From NCBI GenBank assembly GCA_018970255.1, contig JAGWWS010000005.1, positions 12,876 to 76,875 of the forward strand: a stretch of DNA of 64,000 bases, read 5' to 3'. The position numbers were made by a program, and so were the translations under genes. The notes under the pieces are model-generated. The model worked only from the letters and a program-made list of their open reading frames with translations, ran no database searches and was not told where the DNA came from. Of the stretch, positions 55,340 to 64,000 are shown piece after piece (within the stretch, counting starts at the first letter, position 1; each line of letters begins with the position of its first letter). The stretch is from Verrucomicrobiota bacterium (GTDB lineage Bacteria; Verrucomicrobiota; Verrucomicrobiia; Chthoniobacterales; Terrimicrobiaceae).

Positions 55340-56431
55340 TTATGATGTTCTTACAAAGCGGTTTCCGGGCAAGCGCCGGACGAGCTTTTTCATTTCAAGG
55401 GCGAGCAAGGTAGAAGACACGGTGGGGCTTGGCAACCCGCATCTCTCGGTGACGGCATCGATGTGGGCTTCGTCGCTGCCGAGGGCGGCTTGGACGAGGA
55501 GTTCGTCGCCGGCGAGGGCGGGGGCGGGTTGGGACGGGACGAGCGAGGGCTTCTCCGCAAAGAGGATGCCCATGTCGTCGAGGATGTCGGAGGCGGAGGT
55601 GACGAGCTTGGCGCCTTCCTGGATGAGGCGGTTCGAGCCGATGGCGGAGGGGTTGTCGATGCGGCCGGGGACGGCGTAGATCGAGCGGCCCTGCTCGCCC
55701 GCCTGGTTCGCGCTGATAAGGGCGCCGCTGTTCGCGCCCGCCTCGACGACGAGCACACCGAACGAGCAACCGGAAATGATGCGGTTCCGCATGGGGAAGG
55801 TTTGGCGGTCGGCCTTCGTGCGCATGGGGAATTCGGAGACGACGGCGCCGGAGGTGGCGATTTTTTCGGCGAGGGGCTGGTTTTCGGGCGGGTAGAGTTC
55901 GAGGAGGCCGCTGCCGAGGACGGCAATCGTGCGGCCCTTCGCGGCGAGGGCGGCCTGGTGGGCGGCGGTGTCGATGCCGCGGGCGAGGCCGCTCACGACG
56001 GTGACGCCCGCGTAGGCGAGCTGGTAGGAGAGTTTTTTCGCGGAGTCCGCGGCGTAGTGGCTGGGCTTGCGGGTGCCGATGACCCCGATGGCGTGGCGGT
56101 CGCGCTCGAGGATGGTGCCGAGGGTGTAAAGGGCGGTGGGGGGATCGTGGATTTCGCGCAGGAGGGCGGGGTAGTCCGGCGAGGCGGGGGTAAGGACATT
56201 GGCGCCTGCATCGCGGACGAGGGCGAGTTCGGCGGGGAGGTCGACGGTGGACTCCCAGGCGCGGAGGGATTTGGCGGCTTCGGGGCCGATGCCTTCCACG
56301 GCTTGGAGTTTTTCAACGGGGGCGCGGAGGATGGCGGATGGGGAGCCGAATGCGGAGAGGAGGCGGCGGATGCGGACGGGACCGATTTTCGGCACCATGT
56401 TGAGGGCGATGTAGGCCTCGGCTTCGGTCAT
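55340..56431 (-). CDS. dprA: DNA-processing protein DprA (Smf)
   Basis: 363 aa. [48 protein letters not shown] and [27 protein letters not shown] are DprA Rossmann-fold motifs. It ends 2 nt before the topoisomerase ATG. Confidence 0.9.
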   Translation of the reverse strand: MTEAEAYIALNMVPKIGPVRIRRLLSAFGSPSAILRAPVEKLQAVEGIGPEAAKSLRAWESTVDLPAELALVRDAGANVLTPASPDYPALLREIHDPPTALYTLGTILERDRHAIGVIGTRKPSHYAADSAKKLSYQLAYAGVTVVSGLARGIDTAAHQAALAAKGRTIAVLGSGLLELYPPENQPLAEKIATSGAVVSEFPMRTKADRQTFPMRNRIISGCSFGVLVVEAGANSGALISANQAGEQGRSIYAVPGRIDNPSAIGSNRLIQEGAKLVTSASDILDDMGILFAEKPSLVPSQPAPALAGDELLVQAALGSDEAHIDAVTERCGLPSPTVSSTLLALEMKKLVRRLPGNRFVRTS

Positions 56432-56566
56432 GGGGGCGGCAGTAAAGCGGGGGGAGGAAAGGCGCCCAAGGAAAATTGTAGGGCAGAGGGGTTCACAGAA
56501 ACGGCAAACACCACCGCGGGCGGCGGGGATGCGCGCCCGGGGTGGTGTTTTTTCAATCCGTGGCGG

Positions 56567-57457
56567 TCAGTAGGTGAAGCTGATGCCGGCGTTCGCCCAG
56601 AAGACATTTCCCTGTCCGATGGTGTCGAGGGCATCCATGGCGATGCTGTAGTTCAGGCCGCCGAAGATGGCGATGGAGGGTGTGAGCTGCCAGGTGGCTT
56701 CGGTGCCGAATTGGAAGTTGTTCCAGCCGTCGTATTCCTCGGTGTTGTAGCCGAAGTTGATGCCCAGGAGGGTGTAGGGCTGGAGGCTGAGGATGTCCTT
56801 GTAGAGCGGGATGTCGCCATCGAGGCGGAACTCGAGGAAGGAGCCGGCGGAGTTGGCGTTCGTGTTGTTGAAGTCCCAAATCCAGGCGACGCTCGGGGTG
56901 ACGTAGGGGATTTGGTTGGTGCCGAGGACGACGAAGGCTTCGTTGCCGTAGGTGTTGTGGGAGTGCTCTTCGTGATGGTCTTCTTCCTCTTCCTCGTGGT
57001 GGTGTGCCTCTTCGATTTCCGGGGTGTAGCGGAGGTTGTAACCTGGCAGGAGGAACACGGGGCCGAGGTCGAAGTTGTAGGCGGCGGTGAAGTCCCATTC
57101 CTGGAATTCGCTGCCGAGGCCGAAGCCGCTCCACACGTTCACCGAGAGGTCGCCATACCAGGCTCCGACTTCTGTGGTCCAAGCGCCGGTGTTTCCGGTT
57201 TCATCGACGCCGTAATGGACATGGCGGCTTTCAAACCCGGTCGAGATGGAAGCGCCCCAGATGTCTTCGGTTTCCTGAATCGCGGGGGTATCGAAGGATT
57301 TCTCGGATTGACCGGGAGTGCTGGAGGTCTGTGCGCCAGTGTCGAGGGCGGCGTTGATTTCGGGTTGCTGATTGCGGTGCATGTGGCCGGGGCCGTGTGC
57401 GGCGGCGATGTGGGCCAATGCAATGGTGGCGATGGACGAGAGTATGACTTTTTTCAT
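56567..57457 (-). CDS. Outer-membrane beta-barrel protein with His/Glu-rich insert
   Basis: I chose the start MKKVILSSIATIALAHIAAAHG (signal peptide). Alternating beta-strand pattern with a C-terminal NAGISFTY (terminal aromatic residue). The insert is EIEEAHHHEEEEEDHHEEHSH, and the mature N-terminus is HGPGHMH. Confidence 0.65.
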   Translation of the reverse strand: MKKVILSSIATIALAHIAAAHGPGHMHRNQQPEINAALDTGAQTSSTPGQSEKSFDTPAIQETEDIWGASISTGFESRHVHYGVDETGNTGAWTTEVGAWYGDLSVNVWSGFGLGSEFQEWDFTAAYNFDLGPVFLLPGYNLRYTPEIEEAHHHEEEEEDHHEEHSHNTYGNEAFVVLGTNQIPYVTPSVAWIWDFNNTNANSAGSFLEFRLDGDIPLYKDILSLQPYTLLGINFGYNTEEYDGWNNFQFGTEATWQLTPSIAIFGGLNYSIAMDALDTIGQGNVFWANAGISFTY

Positions 57458-57469
57458 GTTGCGGGCGGG

Positions 57470-57522
57470 ATGAAATGCAAGCGGATTGCAACTGTCAACC
57501 ATGGAATGCAAAAAACTTGCAT
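57470..57522 (-). promoter_or_regulatory. Putative promoter of the His-rich OMP gene with two TGCAA-N5-TTGCA palindromes
   Basis: On the minus strand: TTGACA (57498-57493), a 17-nt spacer, then TTTCAT (57475-57470). Palindrome 1, tgcaa-gcgga-ttgca (57476-57490), fills the spacer. Palindrome 2, atgcaa-aaaac-ttgcat (57506-57522), sits just upstream of the -35. Their centres are 31 bp apart. Confidence 0.4.
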
Positions 57523-57587
57523 GTAGGAATACCGTAGAGCCGGCTTTGTTTTTAAGCGGGATGCTTGAGGAGCGCGCGGCAGGTTGA

Positions 57588-58538
57588 TCAGCGCGCTTCG
57601 ACTATGGCGAAGTCCGGTGAGAGAAGATTCGAAGCGTTTTTCTCTGTGAAATGGATGGGGCCGTGCTGGGGGTCATCCGGGCTGAACGCTAGGAACCACA
57701 CAAGGGTTTTAGAGGAATCTCCAACAATGTTTGTGTGAAGGATGAACTCGCCAGGCTCGGGAATTTCCAACCGGTAGAATCCTTCGGAATCGGTGGCGGT
57801 TGATGCGAGCGGGAAGGGGAGGTTGTTTGTGATATTCAGCGCGATCGCGGTCTCATCTGCGCCGGGTTCTATTTTTGAGAGAGCTTCTTTGAGGAATTTT
57901 TCGATTTCCGCCCGGCGGAACAATGCGACCTTGGCTCCGGACTTGGGTTGCGTGGAGTTGAGGATGAAGCGGCCTTGGATTTCATTCGGCTCGAGTTGAG
58001 TGCGGGTCGAGTCCCGGAGGTTGCGAAGGGTGCTGTCTTTTTCCGCAATCAGGTTTTGGAGATTATTGGCGCGGACACGCAGAGACTCGGTTTCCGACAC
58101 TTTTCCGGAGACCCAAAAGAAAACCGCCCCGATTAGTGCTGCACAGACGAGGAGGGAAATGATGAAGGCCTTTTGCCAAAGTTTTGCCTGAGGAGATTGT
58201 TCGATCGCTTCTTTTTCCTCGTCTGATTCCTCGAAGGTTTCCGCGCGGCGGAAGACGGGTTTTTCTTTGGTCTCCTTTGAAATTCTCTCCCGGGCAGAGG
58301 ACTTCGGTGAGGACGGGCTTAGATTTTGGAGCTTCGATAAACCTGAGAAAACTGTGGTAACCGGCTCCCAAGTGGATGATTCAGCAATGAAAACCAGCGT
58401 CTCGTCCGGAATCGAACCCGTTTGCCACAGGCGTGCGATGTGCTCGCGTGGAATGGGGCCGTAGCTTGAACCGTTGAGATGATAGAAAGTGCCTTCCTCG
58501 CCTTTCGTTGACTCGGGCGAGGTGGGAAGTTCTTTCAT
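57588..58538 (-). CDS. GYF_2 (DUF4339) domain - TM helix - carboxypeptidase-regulatory-like domain protein
   Basis: 316 aa. FYHLNGSSYGPIPREHIARLWQTGSIPDETLVFIAESSTWEPV is GYF_2-like. A TM helix AFIISLLVCAALIGAVFFWV follows. The C-terminal TDSEGFYRLEIPEPGEFILH is typical of CarboxypepD_reg beta-sandwiches. Noticeably lower GC than its neighbours. Confidence 0.6.
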   Translation of the reverse strand: MKELPTSPESTKGEEGTFYHLNGSSYGPIPREHIARLWQTGSIPDETLVFIAESSTWEPVTTVFSGLSKLQNLSPSSPKSSARERISKETKEKPVFRRAETFEESDEEKEAIEQSPQAKLWQKAFIISLLVCAALIGAVFFWVSGKVSETESLRVRANNLQNLIAEKDSTLRNLRDSTRTQLEPNEIQGRFILNSTQPKSGAKVALFRRAEIEKFLKEALSKIEPGADETAIALNITNNLPFPLASTATDSEGFYRLEIPEPGEFILHTNIVGDSSKTLVWFLAFSPDDPQHGPIHFTEKNASNLLSPDFAIVEAR

Positions 58539-58553
58539 TCCGGCGTGGGCCGA

Positions 58554-59213
58554 TTACTGCCCGGGTTGCGGGGGTTGCTGGGGCTGGGCGCCGAGGCGGG
58601 AGAGTTGGTTGGAGGCCATGCGGGCTGCGGTCGATTGCGGGTAGCGGGAGGCGACCATGTTGAAGCTGCGGCGGGCCTCGTCGCGTTGGAAGCCGCGGAG
58701 GAGGATTTCGGCTTCGGAATACGCGGCGAAGGGGGCGGCGTAGCTGTCGGGGTATTGGGTCACGACCTGCTGGTAGGTGGCCATGGCGGATTTGGTGTCG
58801 CCCGAGGCGTCCTGGTTTTGGCCGACGCCGAGCAGGGCTCCGCCGGCGAGTTCGTGTTTCGGGAATTTTTGAAGGAATTCCTGGAAGGCCGCGGTGGAGG
58901 CGGCGGGGTCGCCGGCTTCGCGTTGGGCGGCGGCGATGAGCATGAGCGCGTCGGCGGCCGGCATCGAGCGCGGGTATTTTTCAACGACGGCGCGGTAGCC
59001 TTCGATGCCGTTGGCTTCGGCGAGGAGTTTTTGGGCGGCTTCGGCGGCCATGGTGGAATTGATCCACCAGCCGAGGACGGCAATGCCTGCGACGGCCGCG
59101 GCGGCCACCGCGGCGAGGATGGATTTTTTGTGTTTTTCCCAGGCGAGTTCCCAGCGGGCGACGGAGAGGTCTTCGTCGGGCGCGGGCGGGAGGGTGGTTT
59201 GCGGGGTTTCCAT
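58554..59213 (-). CDS. Membrane-anchored TPR protein (YfgM/YbgF-like)
   Basis: 219 aa. An N-terminal TM anchor ILAAVAAAAVAGIAVLGWWI is followed by TPR-like helices (AAFQEFLQKFPKHELAGGALLGVGQ ... AMATYQQVVTQYPDSYAAPFAAYSEAEILL). The ATG shares one base with the cysK TAA (TAATG). Confidence 0.6.
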   Translation of the reverse strand: METPQTTLPPAPDEDLSVARWELAWEKHKKSILAAVAAAAVAGIAVLGWWINSTMAAEAAQKLLAEANGIEGYRAVVEKYPRSMPAADALMLIAAAQREAGDPAASTAAFQEFLQKFPKHELAGGALLGVGQNQDASGDTKSAMATYQQVVTQYPDSYAAPFAAYSEAEILLRGFQRDEARRSFNMVASRYPQSTAARMASNQLSRLGAQPQQPPQPGQ

Positions 59214-60196
59214 TATCCGCCGACCTCCGCGCGGGCTTCGTCGGCGAGGGCGGTGCTGAGGTAGCGCTCGCCGGTGGAGCAGCCGATGGTGACGATGAGT
59301 TTGCCTTTGTTCTCCGGGCGGCGGGCGACCTCGATGGCGGCATGGACATTCGCGCCGGTGCTGATGCCGCCGAGGATGCCTTCTTCTTTCGCGAGGCGGC
59401 GCGCCATGGCGAACGCGTCGTCATTGGAGACCTGGATGCATTCGGCGATCTGCGGATCGCCGGCTGTGGATTTGAGGTGGAGGTTGTTCGGGACGAATCC
59501 GGCGCCGGTGCCCTGGATTTTGTGTGGGCCGGGTTTGAGCGGTTGCCCGGCGAGGGTTTGGGAAATGACGGGCGAGTCTTTCGGCTCGACGGCGATGGCT
59601 TGGAAGGCGGGTTTGCGCGGGCGGAGGGCTTCGACGACGCCGCTGATGGTGCCGCCGGTTCCCACGGCCGCGACGAGCATGTCCACTTTGCCATCGGTGT
59701 CTTCCCAGATTTCCTCGGCGGTGGTTTTCGAGTGGATGGCGGGGTTCGCGGGGTTGCTGAATTGCTGGGGCATCCAGGAGTTCGGGGTTTCCTGAAGGAT
59801 GGCTTCGGCCTTGGCGATCGCGCCGCGCATTCCTTCGGAGCCCGGGGTGAGGACGAGCTTGGCGCCGAGCATGGCGAGGAGCGTGCGGCGCTCGAGGCTC
59901 ATGGTTTCGGGCATGGTAAGGATGACCTTGTAGCCTTTCGCGGCGGCAACGAAGGCGAGGGCGATGCCAGTGTTGCCGCTGGTGGGCTCGACGATGGTGG
60001 TGTCGGGTTTGAGGATCCCGCGTTTCTCGGCGTCCTCGACCATCGCCATGCCGATACGGTCCTTGACGCTGCCGAGGGGGTTGAAGAATTCGCACTTGAG
60101 CGCGATGGTGGCGTCGACCCCGGCGGTGATGCGGTTGAGGCGGACGAGCGGGGTGCGGCCGACGGTATCGACGATGGTGTTGTGGATTTTTCCCAT
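59213..60196 (-). CDS. cysK: Cysteine synthase A (O-acetylserine sulfhydrylase)
   Basis: 327 aa. [13 protein letters not shown] (PLP lysine), [12 protein letters not shown] and GTGGTISGV. Confidence 0.95.
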   Translation of the reverse strand: MGKIHNTIVDTVGRTPLVRLNRITAGVDATIALKCEFFNPLGSVKDRIGMAMVEDAEKRGILKPDTTIVEPTSGNTGIALAFVAAAKGYKVILTMPETMSLERRTLLAMLGAKLVLTPGSEGMRGAIAKAEAILQETPNSWMPQQFSNPANPAIHSKTTAEEIWEDTDGKVDMLVAAVGTGGTISGVVEALRPRKPAFQAIAVEPKDSPVISQTLAGQPLKPGPHKIQGTGAGFVPNNLHLKSTAGDPQIAECIQVSNDDAFAMARRLAKEEGILGGISTGANVHAAIEVARRPENKGKLIVTIGCSTGERYLSTALADEARAEVGG

Positions 60197-60269
60197 GGGA
60201 TTTTGGAGAGGAGCGGAAGATTAGACAGCGGGGCGCGCGGTGGTGAAGCCCCAAGTTTTGGCCAGCGCT

Positions 60270-63014
60270 TTAGCCGGTGGTGCGGAGGCCGCTGGCGATG
60301 GCGTTGATGCTGAGGAGGACGCGGGGGAGGAGTTTTTCGCGGGCGGGGGATTCCTTGGCGGTGGCTTCGCGCCAGGCGGCGAGGAGTTCCACCTGGTGGC
60401 GGTGGAGGGCGCGGAGACCGGCGTCGCGGAGTTGGAGTGTTTTCAGCATGCGGGGCCGGCGTTTTTCCAAGGAGCCGCCGAAGACCTCGGACATCATCTG
60501 CGAAGTGGCGTCGAATTCCGCGAGGATCGTGCCGAGGATGTTTGAGCGGACTTTTTCGTCGCGCACGAGGCCGGCGTAGAGGCGGATCATTTCGCGGTCG
60601 GCGCTGGCGAGGTTCGTTTCGACATTCGTCAGCACGTAGTAGAGGAACGGGGATTTTTTGAGGTTCGCGACGAGGTGCTTGAAATGGCGGGGCTTTTCCT
60701 TGGCGAGGCTGCGGAGGGCGGAGCCGACGCCGAACCAGCCGGGCAGGTAGTGGCGGCTTTGGTTCCAACCGAAGACCCACGGGATGGCGCGGAGGTCGGC
60801 GAGCGTGCGCTGGCCGGTCCTGCGCGCCGGGCGGGAGCCGATGCGGCTGGTCTCAAGGGCGTCGATGGGCGTGGCCTGGGAGAAGTAGGCCATGAAATCC
60901 GGGTGGCCCACGAGGGCGTCGTAGAAACCGCGGCTCGATGTGGCGAGGAAATCGCAGGCTTCTGCGAGGAGGCCGGAGGGACCGTTCTTTGGATGGTTCA
61001 GGGTGACGCCCGCGACACCGGCCTGGAGGAGTTCGAGGTTGTGGACCGAGAGGCTGATGGTGCCGTATTTTTGGGAAATGGTCTCGCCCTGCTCGGTCAT
61101 GCGCAGGTCGCCGCGAACCGAGCCCGGGGGCAGTGCATCGAGGAAGCGGTGGGTCGGGCCGGCCCCCCGGCTGATGGTGCCGCCGCGGCCGTGGAAGAAC
61201 CGGATCTTCACGCCGGCTTCGCGCCCGGTCGCCGCGAGGGCGCTCTGGCATTGGTGGAGCGCCCATTGGGAAGCGAAGATGCCGCAGTCCTTGTTGCTGT
61301 CGCTGTAGCCGATCATGACCTGCTGGACGGGGATTTTGCCGCGGGGCGACTTGGTGATTTTCAGGCTGCGGGCGGTGACCGGGTGGGCGAGGAAATCGCG
61401 GACGATGCCGGGGCCGCGCTCGAGGTCGTCCAGGGTTTCGAAAAGCGGGACGACCGGGACATCGCAAACGAGGCCGGATTCGGTCCAGCGGGCGAGGCCG
61501 GCCTCGCGGGCGAGCAGGTAAACGGCGAGGAGGTCCGAGAGGCGGCGCGTCATGCTCACAATGAGCGAGCCCACGCCGTCGCGGCCGTGGGTTTCGATGT
61601 GGCGGCGGAGGACGGCGTAGCAGGAGAGGACGGCCTCGGCCTCGCGGCCGGCGTTCGCGGAAGAGCCCAGGAAGGGGCGCGGCGAGCGGAGTTCGTTTTC
61701 GAGGAACTCCAGGCGGCGCGCTTCGTCCCAGGACGAGAAGTGGGAATCGCCGGCGCCGCCTGCGGCGAGGAGTTGGTCGATGGCGAGGTCGTGGAAGCGG
61801 CTGTTTTGGCGGATGTCGAGGGCGGCGAGGTGGAATCCGAAGCAATCGAGCGTGCGGCGCACCGGCGAGACGGCGCTGTCGGCGAGGCGGGCTGCGCCGG
61901 ATTTGCGGAGCGAGTCGGAGAGCGCCTTCAGGTGGGAGTCGAGCTGGTGCGGCGAGCGGAAATGGTGCGCGGCGGCCTCGAGGATTTTGGCGTCACCGAT
62001 TTCGCCGGTGGAGACGGGGAGCTTCGCCTGGAGGTGGAGGGCGAATTGGCGCCAGGGTTCGTCGGAATGCTCGGTGCGGAGGAGGTCGGCGAGGCCGGGG
62101 TTTTCGCGGCGGAAACGGTCGAGGGATTTTTGGAGGGGCTTCGGGAATTCCTGGAAATTGCTCGAGAGCGGGAGCATTTCGGAGAGTTCGCCGAGTTGGC
62201 GGTGGAGGACGACGAGGGCGCTCAGGCGCAGGTCGCAGAGTGTGGTTCCGGTGACGGCCGCGGTGACGAACGGGTGGCCGTCGCGGTCGCCGCCCACCCA
62301 AGTGCCGAAGCGGGTCTTCGGGCGGCGAAGCGGGTCGGATAGGAGCGAGGGGTCGAAGCCCATGGCGCGCCAGCCTTGCAGGAGCCGGCGGTCGAGTTGG
62401 GCCACGGCATGGGGGAAAACTTCGCGCAGGTAGTAAACCACGCCGCGGCGCTCGGTCGCAATGTCGGGCTTCTCGAGGAAAATTTCTCCGGTGCGCCAGA
62501 GGCGTTCGAGGACAAGTTTGATTTCCTCGCGGAGGGCTTCCTGGCGGGAGGGGGAGGCCTCCTCGCGTGCCAGGAGGAGGCGGTAAATGGCGCGGTGCTG
62601 CTCGAGGACCGCAGAGCGCTTGGCTTCGGTGGGGTGGGCGGTGAGGACCGGCTCGATGCGGATGGAGGGGAGCGCGGCGGCGATTTGGGCCGGCTTCATT
62701 CCCGATTCCGAAAGGAGGGAGAGCTGGCGGGGCCAGAGGCCCGGTTCGGCGGCCGGGCCGAGGTCGATTTCGCGGAGGGTGCGGCTGCGGCCCGAGGTGA
62801 TTTCCTCGACCATGTTCAGGAGCTGGAACGCAATCGAAGCGGCTTGCTCAAAGCCGTCGCAAAATCCTTTTTTCGAGCCCACCCATGGCAGGCGTTCCGC
62901 GACATCGCGGCGGCCCATTTCCCCGAGGACCTCGCTGAGGCAGCCCATGAGGAAATCCAAGTCGGCCGAGATTTTTTCGAATCCCCTGGCGATATAATCC
63001 GACGCCGTTTTCAC
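60270..63014 (-). CDS. ppc: Phosphoenolpyruvate carboxylase
   Basis: 914 aa. VLTAHPTE, VMIGYSDSNKDCG, FHGRGGTISRGAGP and the C-terminal LLSINAIASGLRTTG are PEPC signatures. Confidence 0.95.
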   Translation of the reverse strand: MKTASDYIARGFEKISADLDFLMGCLSEVLGEMGRRDVAERLPWVGSKKGFCDGFEQAASIAFQLLNMVEEITSGRSRTLREIDLGPAAEPGLWPRQLSLLSESGMKPAQIAAALPSIRIEPVLTAHPTEAKRSAVLEQHRAIYRLLLAREEASPSRQEALREEIKLVLERLWRTGEIFLEKPDIATERRGVVYYLREVFPHAVAQLDRRLLQGWRAMGFDPSLLSDPLRRPKTRFGTWVGGDRDGHPFVTAAVTGTTLCDLRLSALVVLHRQLGELSEMLPLSSNFQEFPKPLQKSLDRFRRENPGLADLLRTEHSDEPWRQFALHLQAKLPVSTGEIGDAKILEAAAHHFRSPHQLDSHLKALSDSLRKSGAARLADSAVSPVRRTLDCFGFHLAALDIRQNSRFHDLAIDQLLAAGGAGDSHFSSWDEARRLEFLENELRSPRPFLGSSANAGREAEAVLSCYAVLRRHIETHGRDGVGSLIVSMTRRLSDLLAVYLLAREAGLARWTESGLVCDVPVVPLFETLDDLERGPGIVRDFLAHPVTARSLKITKSPRGKIPVQQVMIGYSDSNKDCGIFASQWALHQCQSALAATGREAGVKIRFFHGRGGTISRGAGPTHRFLDALPPGSVRGDLRMTEQGETISQKYGTISLSVHNLELLQAGVAGVTLNHPKNGPSGLLAEACDFLATSSRGFYDALVGHPDFMAYFSQATPIDALETSRIGSRPARRTGQRTLADLRAIPWVFGWNQSRHYLPGWFGVGSALRSLAKEKPRHFKHLVANLKKSPFLYYVLTNVETNLASADREMIRLYAGLVRDEKVRSNILGTILAEFDATSQMMSEVFGGSLEKRRPRMLKTLQLRDAGLRALHRHQVELLAAWREATAKESPAREKLLPRVLLSINAIASGLRTTG

Positions 63015-63070
63015 CCTGGGGCGGGAGTGTGGGCGGAATGCCCGGAAAATTCAACCGCGGCGTTTTTTGT

Positions 63071-63601
63071 TCAGGCAGGCTCGGATTTTGAAGCGAGTGC
63101 GAGCATGATCATCGCGACGCCGCTGAAAAGTGCTTGGATGCCGTAGAGGACCCCGATGACCCACTCGGAATCCATGGGCCATTTTGAAAAAATCATCCAG
63201 CCGAGGATTGCGGCCACGATGCCATTCAGGAGAAGCCAAAACCACGCCGGGTTTGAGCGCATGCGCAGTGATGTGACGACACAGAAGATGCCCTCCACAA
63301 CGAATGTCGCGGCGAGGATGAGAGTGAGCGTCAACATTCCCGAATCGGTGAAGAAAAAGAGCGCGGCGCCGGCGGCAAAGCGTAGCGCGGCGGAAAGGGC
63401 TGATAGCGCTCGATGAGCGCTATCTTTTCCAAAAAGGGCTTGAAAGAGGCCAACACCGCCGCTCACGAGACAAAGGGCGCCGATCAGCGCCGTCAGAATG
63501 TAGCCGAACATTCCTGGAACGATGACCGCAAGAATGCCGGTGATGATGGAGAGGACACCCCCGAAAAGGAGCCATCCGCGGGAGGGAGTATTGTTGGACA
63601 T
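63071..63601 (-). CDS. hdeD: HdeD-family (DUF308) membrane protein
   Basis: 176 aa with six TM helices. WLLFGGVLSIITGILAVIVPG and repeated GVLYGIQALFSG-type DUF308 repeats. Confidence 0.7.
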   Translation of the reverse strand: MSNNTPSRGWLLFGGVLSIITGILAVIVPGMFGYILTALIGALCLVSGGVGLFQALFGKDSAHRALSALSAALRFAAGAALFFFTDSGMLTLTLILAATFVVEGIFCVVTSLRMRSNPAWFWLLLNGIVAAILGWMIFSKWPMDSEWVIGVLYGIQALFSGVAMIMLALASKSEPA

Positions 63602-63606
63602 GTATG

Positions 63607-64000
63607 TTATTCGCCGTAGACGCCTTTGGCGCCGTAAGACCCGTAGTATTTTCCGGAGTAGTAGTATGCGTAGTAGCCGCCGCGGCCGCTGGGGAGGAAG
63701 TTCAGGATGAGGCCGGCGGGTTCGGTTTTTGTTTCCTCAAGGGACTTGATTGCGCGCATGACCATTTTGCGTGGAGTCGAAAATGCCCGGCAGACGAGCG
63801 TGCAAAGATCGACATACGGCGCAATAAGCAGGGTGTCGCTCACTGCGAGCAGCGGGGCCGAGTCGACAACAATTCGATCATATTTCGACAAGAGATCTTC
63901 CATAACGCGCGTGATGTTTTCTGGTGTGAGGAGTTCGGAGGGGTTGGGCGCGCGGCCACCGGCAGTCAGAATGGAAAGGTTATCGATGTGAGTCGAGAGG
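63607..64000 (-). CDS. BY-kinase (CpsD/CapB/Wzc-type polysaccharide co-polymerase tyrosine kinase), C-terminal part; 5' end beyond the window
   Basis: The frame is open to the right edge. YDRIVVDSAPLLAVSDTLLIA (Walker B-like) and the C-terminal tyrosine cluster GGYYAYYYSGKYYGSYGAKGVYGE are present. Confidence 0.7.
   Translation of the reverse strand, partial: LSTHIDNLSILTAGGRAPNPSELLTPENITRVMEDLLSKYDRIVVDSAPLLAVSDTLLIAPYVDLCTLVCRAFSTPRKMVMRAIKSLEETKTEPAGLILNFLPSGRGGYYAYYYSGKYYGSYGAKGVYGE

Noticed and set aside
58385-58425. tRNA-like T-loop sequence (GGGTTCGATTCCGG on the minus strand)
   Set aside because: It lies inside the GYF-domain coding sequence (…QTGSIPDE…). The flanking sequence cannot form acceptor, D and anticodon stems, and the T-stem would be only 3 bp.

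Overview
High-GC bacterial chromosomal segment (about 60-65% G+C, judged by eye), densely coding on both strands. I support about 62 protein-coding genes. I found no rRNA, tRNA, CRISPR array, transposase, integrase or phage genes.

Most of the content is housekeeping:
- Glycolysis: gap, pgk.
- str-operon fragment: rpsL-rpsG-fusA.
- ileS-lspA, and purE-tsaC-murJ with translationally coupled junctions.
- amtB-glnK behind a textbook sigma54 promoter.
- Others: hemW, dinG, ychF, trmB, miaB, gmhA, glgA, sixA, fabG, aguB, thiL, dprA plus a type IA topoisomerase, cysK, ppc.
- A single short flagellin gene behind a textbook sigma28 promoter.

Poor Shine-Dalgarno usage, GC-rich REP-like palindromes and the overall gene mix suggest a Verrucomicrobiota (Opitutales-like) genome. 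That is inference only.

The most interesting loci are:
1. A three-gene operon at 33992-37031, joined by ATGA overlaps, with a divergent GT4 at 37102-38592. It encodes a GpgS/MpgS-like glycosyltransferase, a renalase-like flavoenzyme and an LmbE/PIG-L deacetylase. The glycosyltransferase-plus-deacetylase logic resembles bacillithiol, mycothiol and aminoglycoside pathways, but it matches no pathway I know.
2. A DCC thiol-disulfide oxidoreductase fused to a lipase-maturation-factor membrane domain.
3. A lipoprotein plus TIR-TM-TPR gene pair.
4. A secreted cystatin-like protein with a QVVAG loop, coupled to a GT2 gene.
5. A His/Glu-rich outer-membrane beta-barrel whose promoter carries two TGCAA-N5-TTGCA palindromes.
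6. A 468-aa protein of unknown fold with a degenerate NadD-like tail, downstream of a PfkB kinase.
7. A vapBC module and several repeated intergenic palindromes.

All coordinates, overlaps and motifs were read by hand from the sequence. All homology statements rest on remembered family signatures, not on searches.
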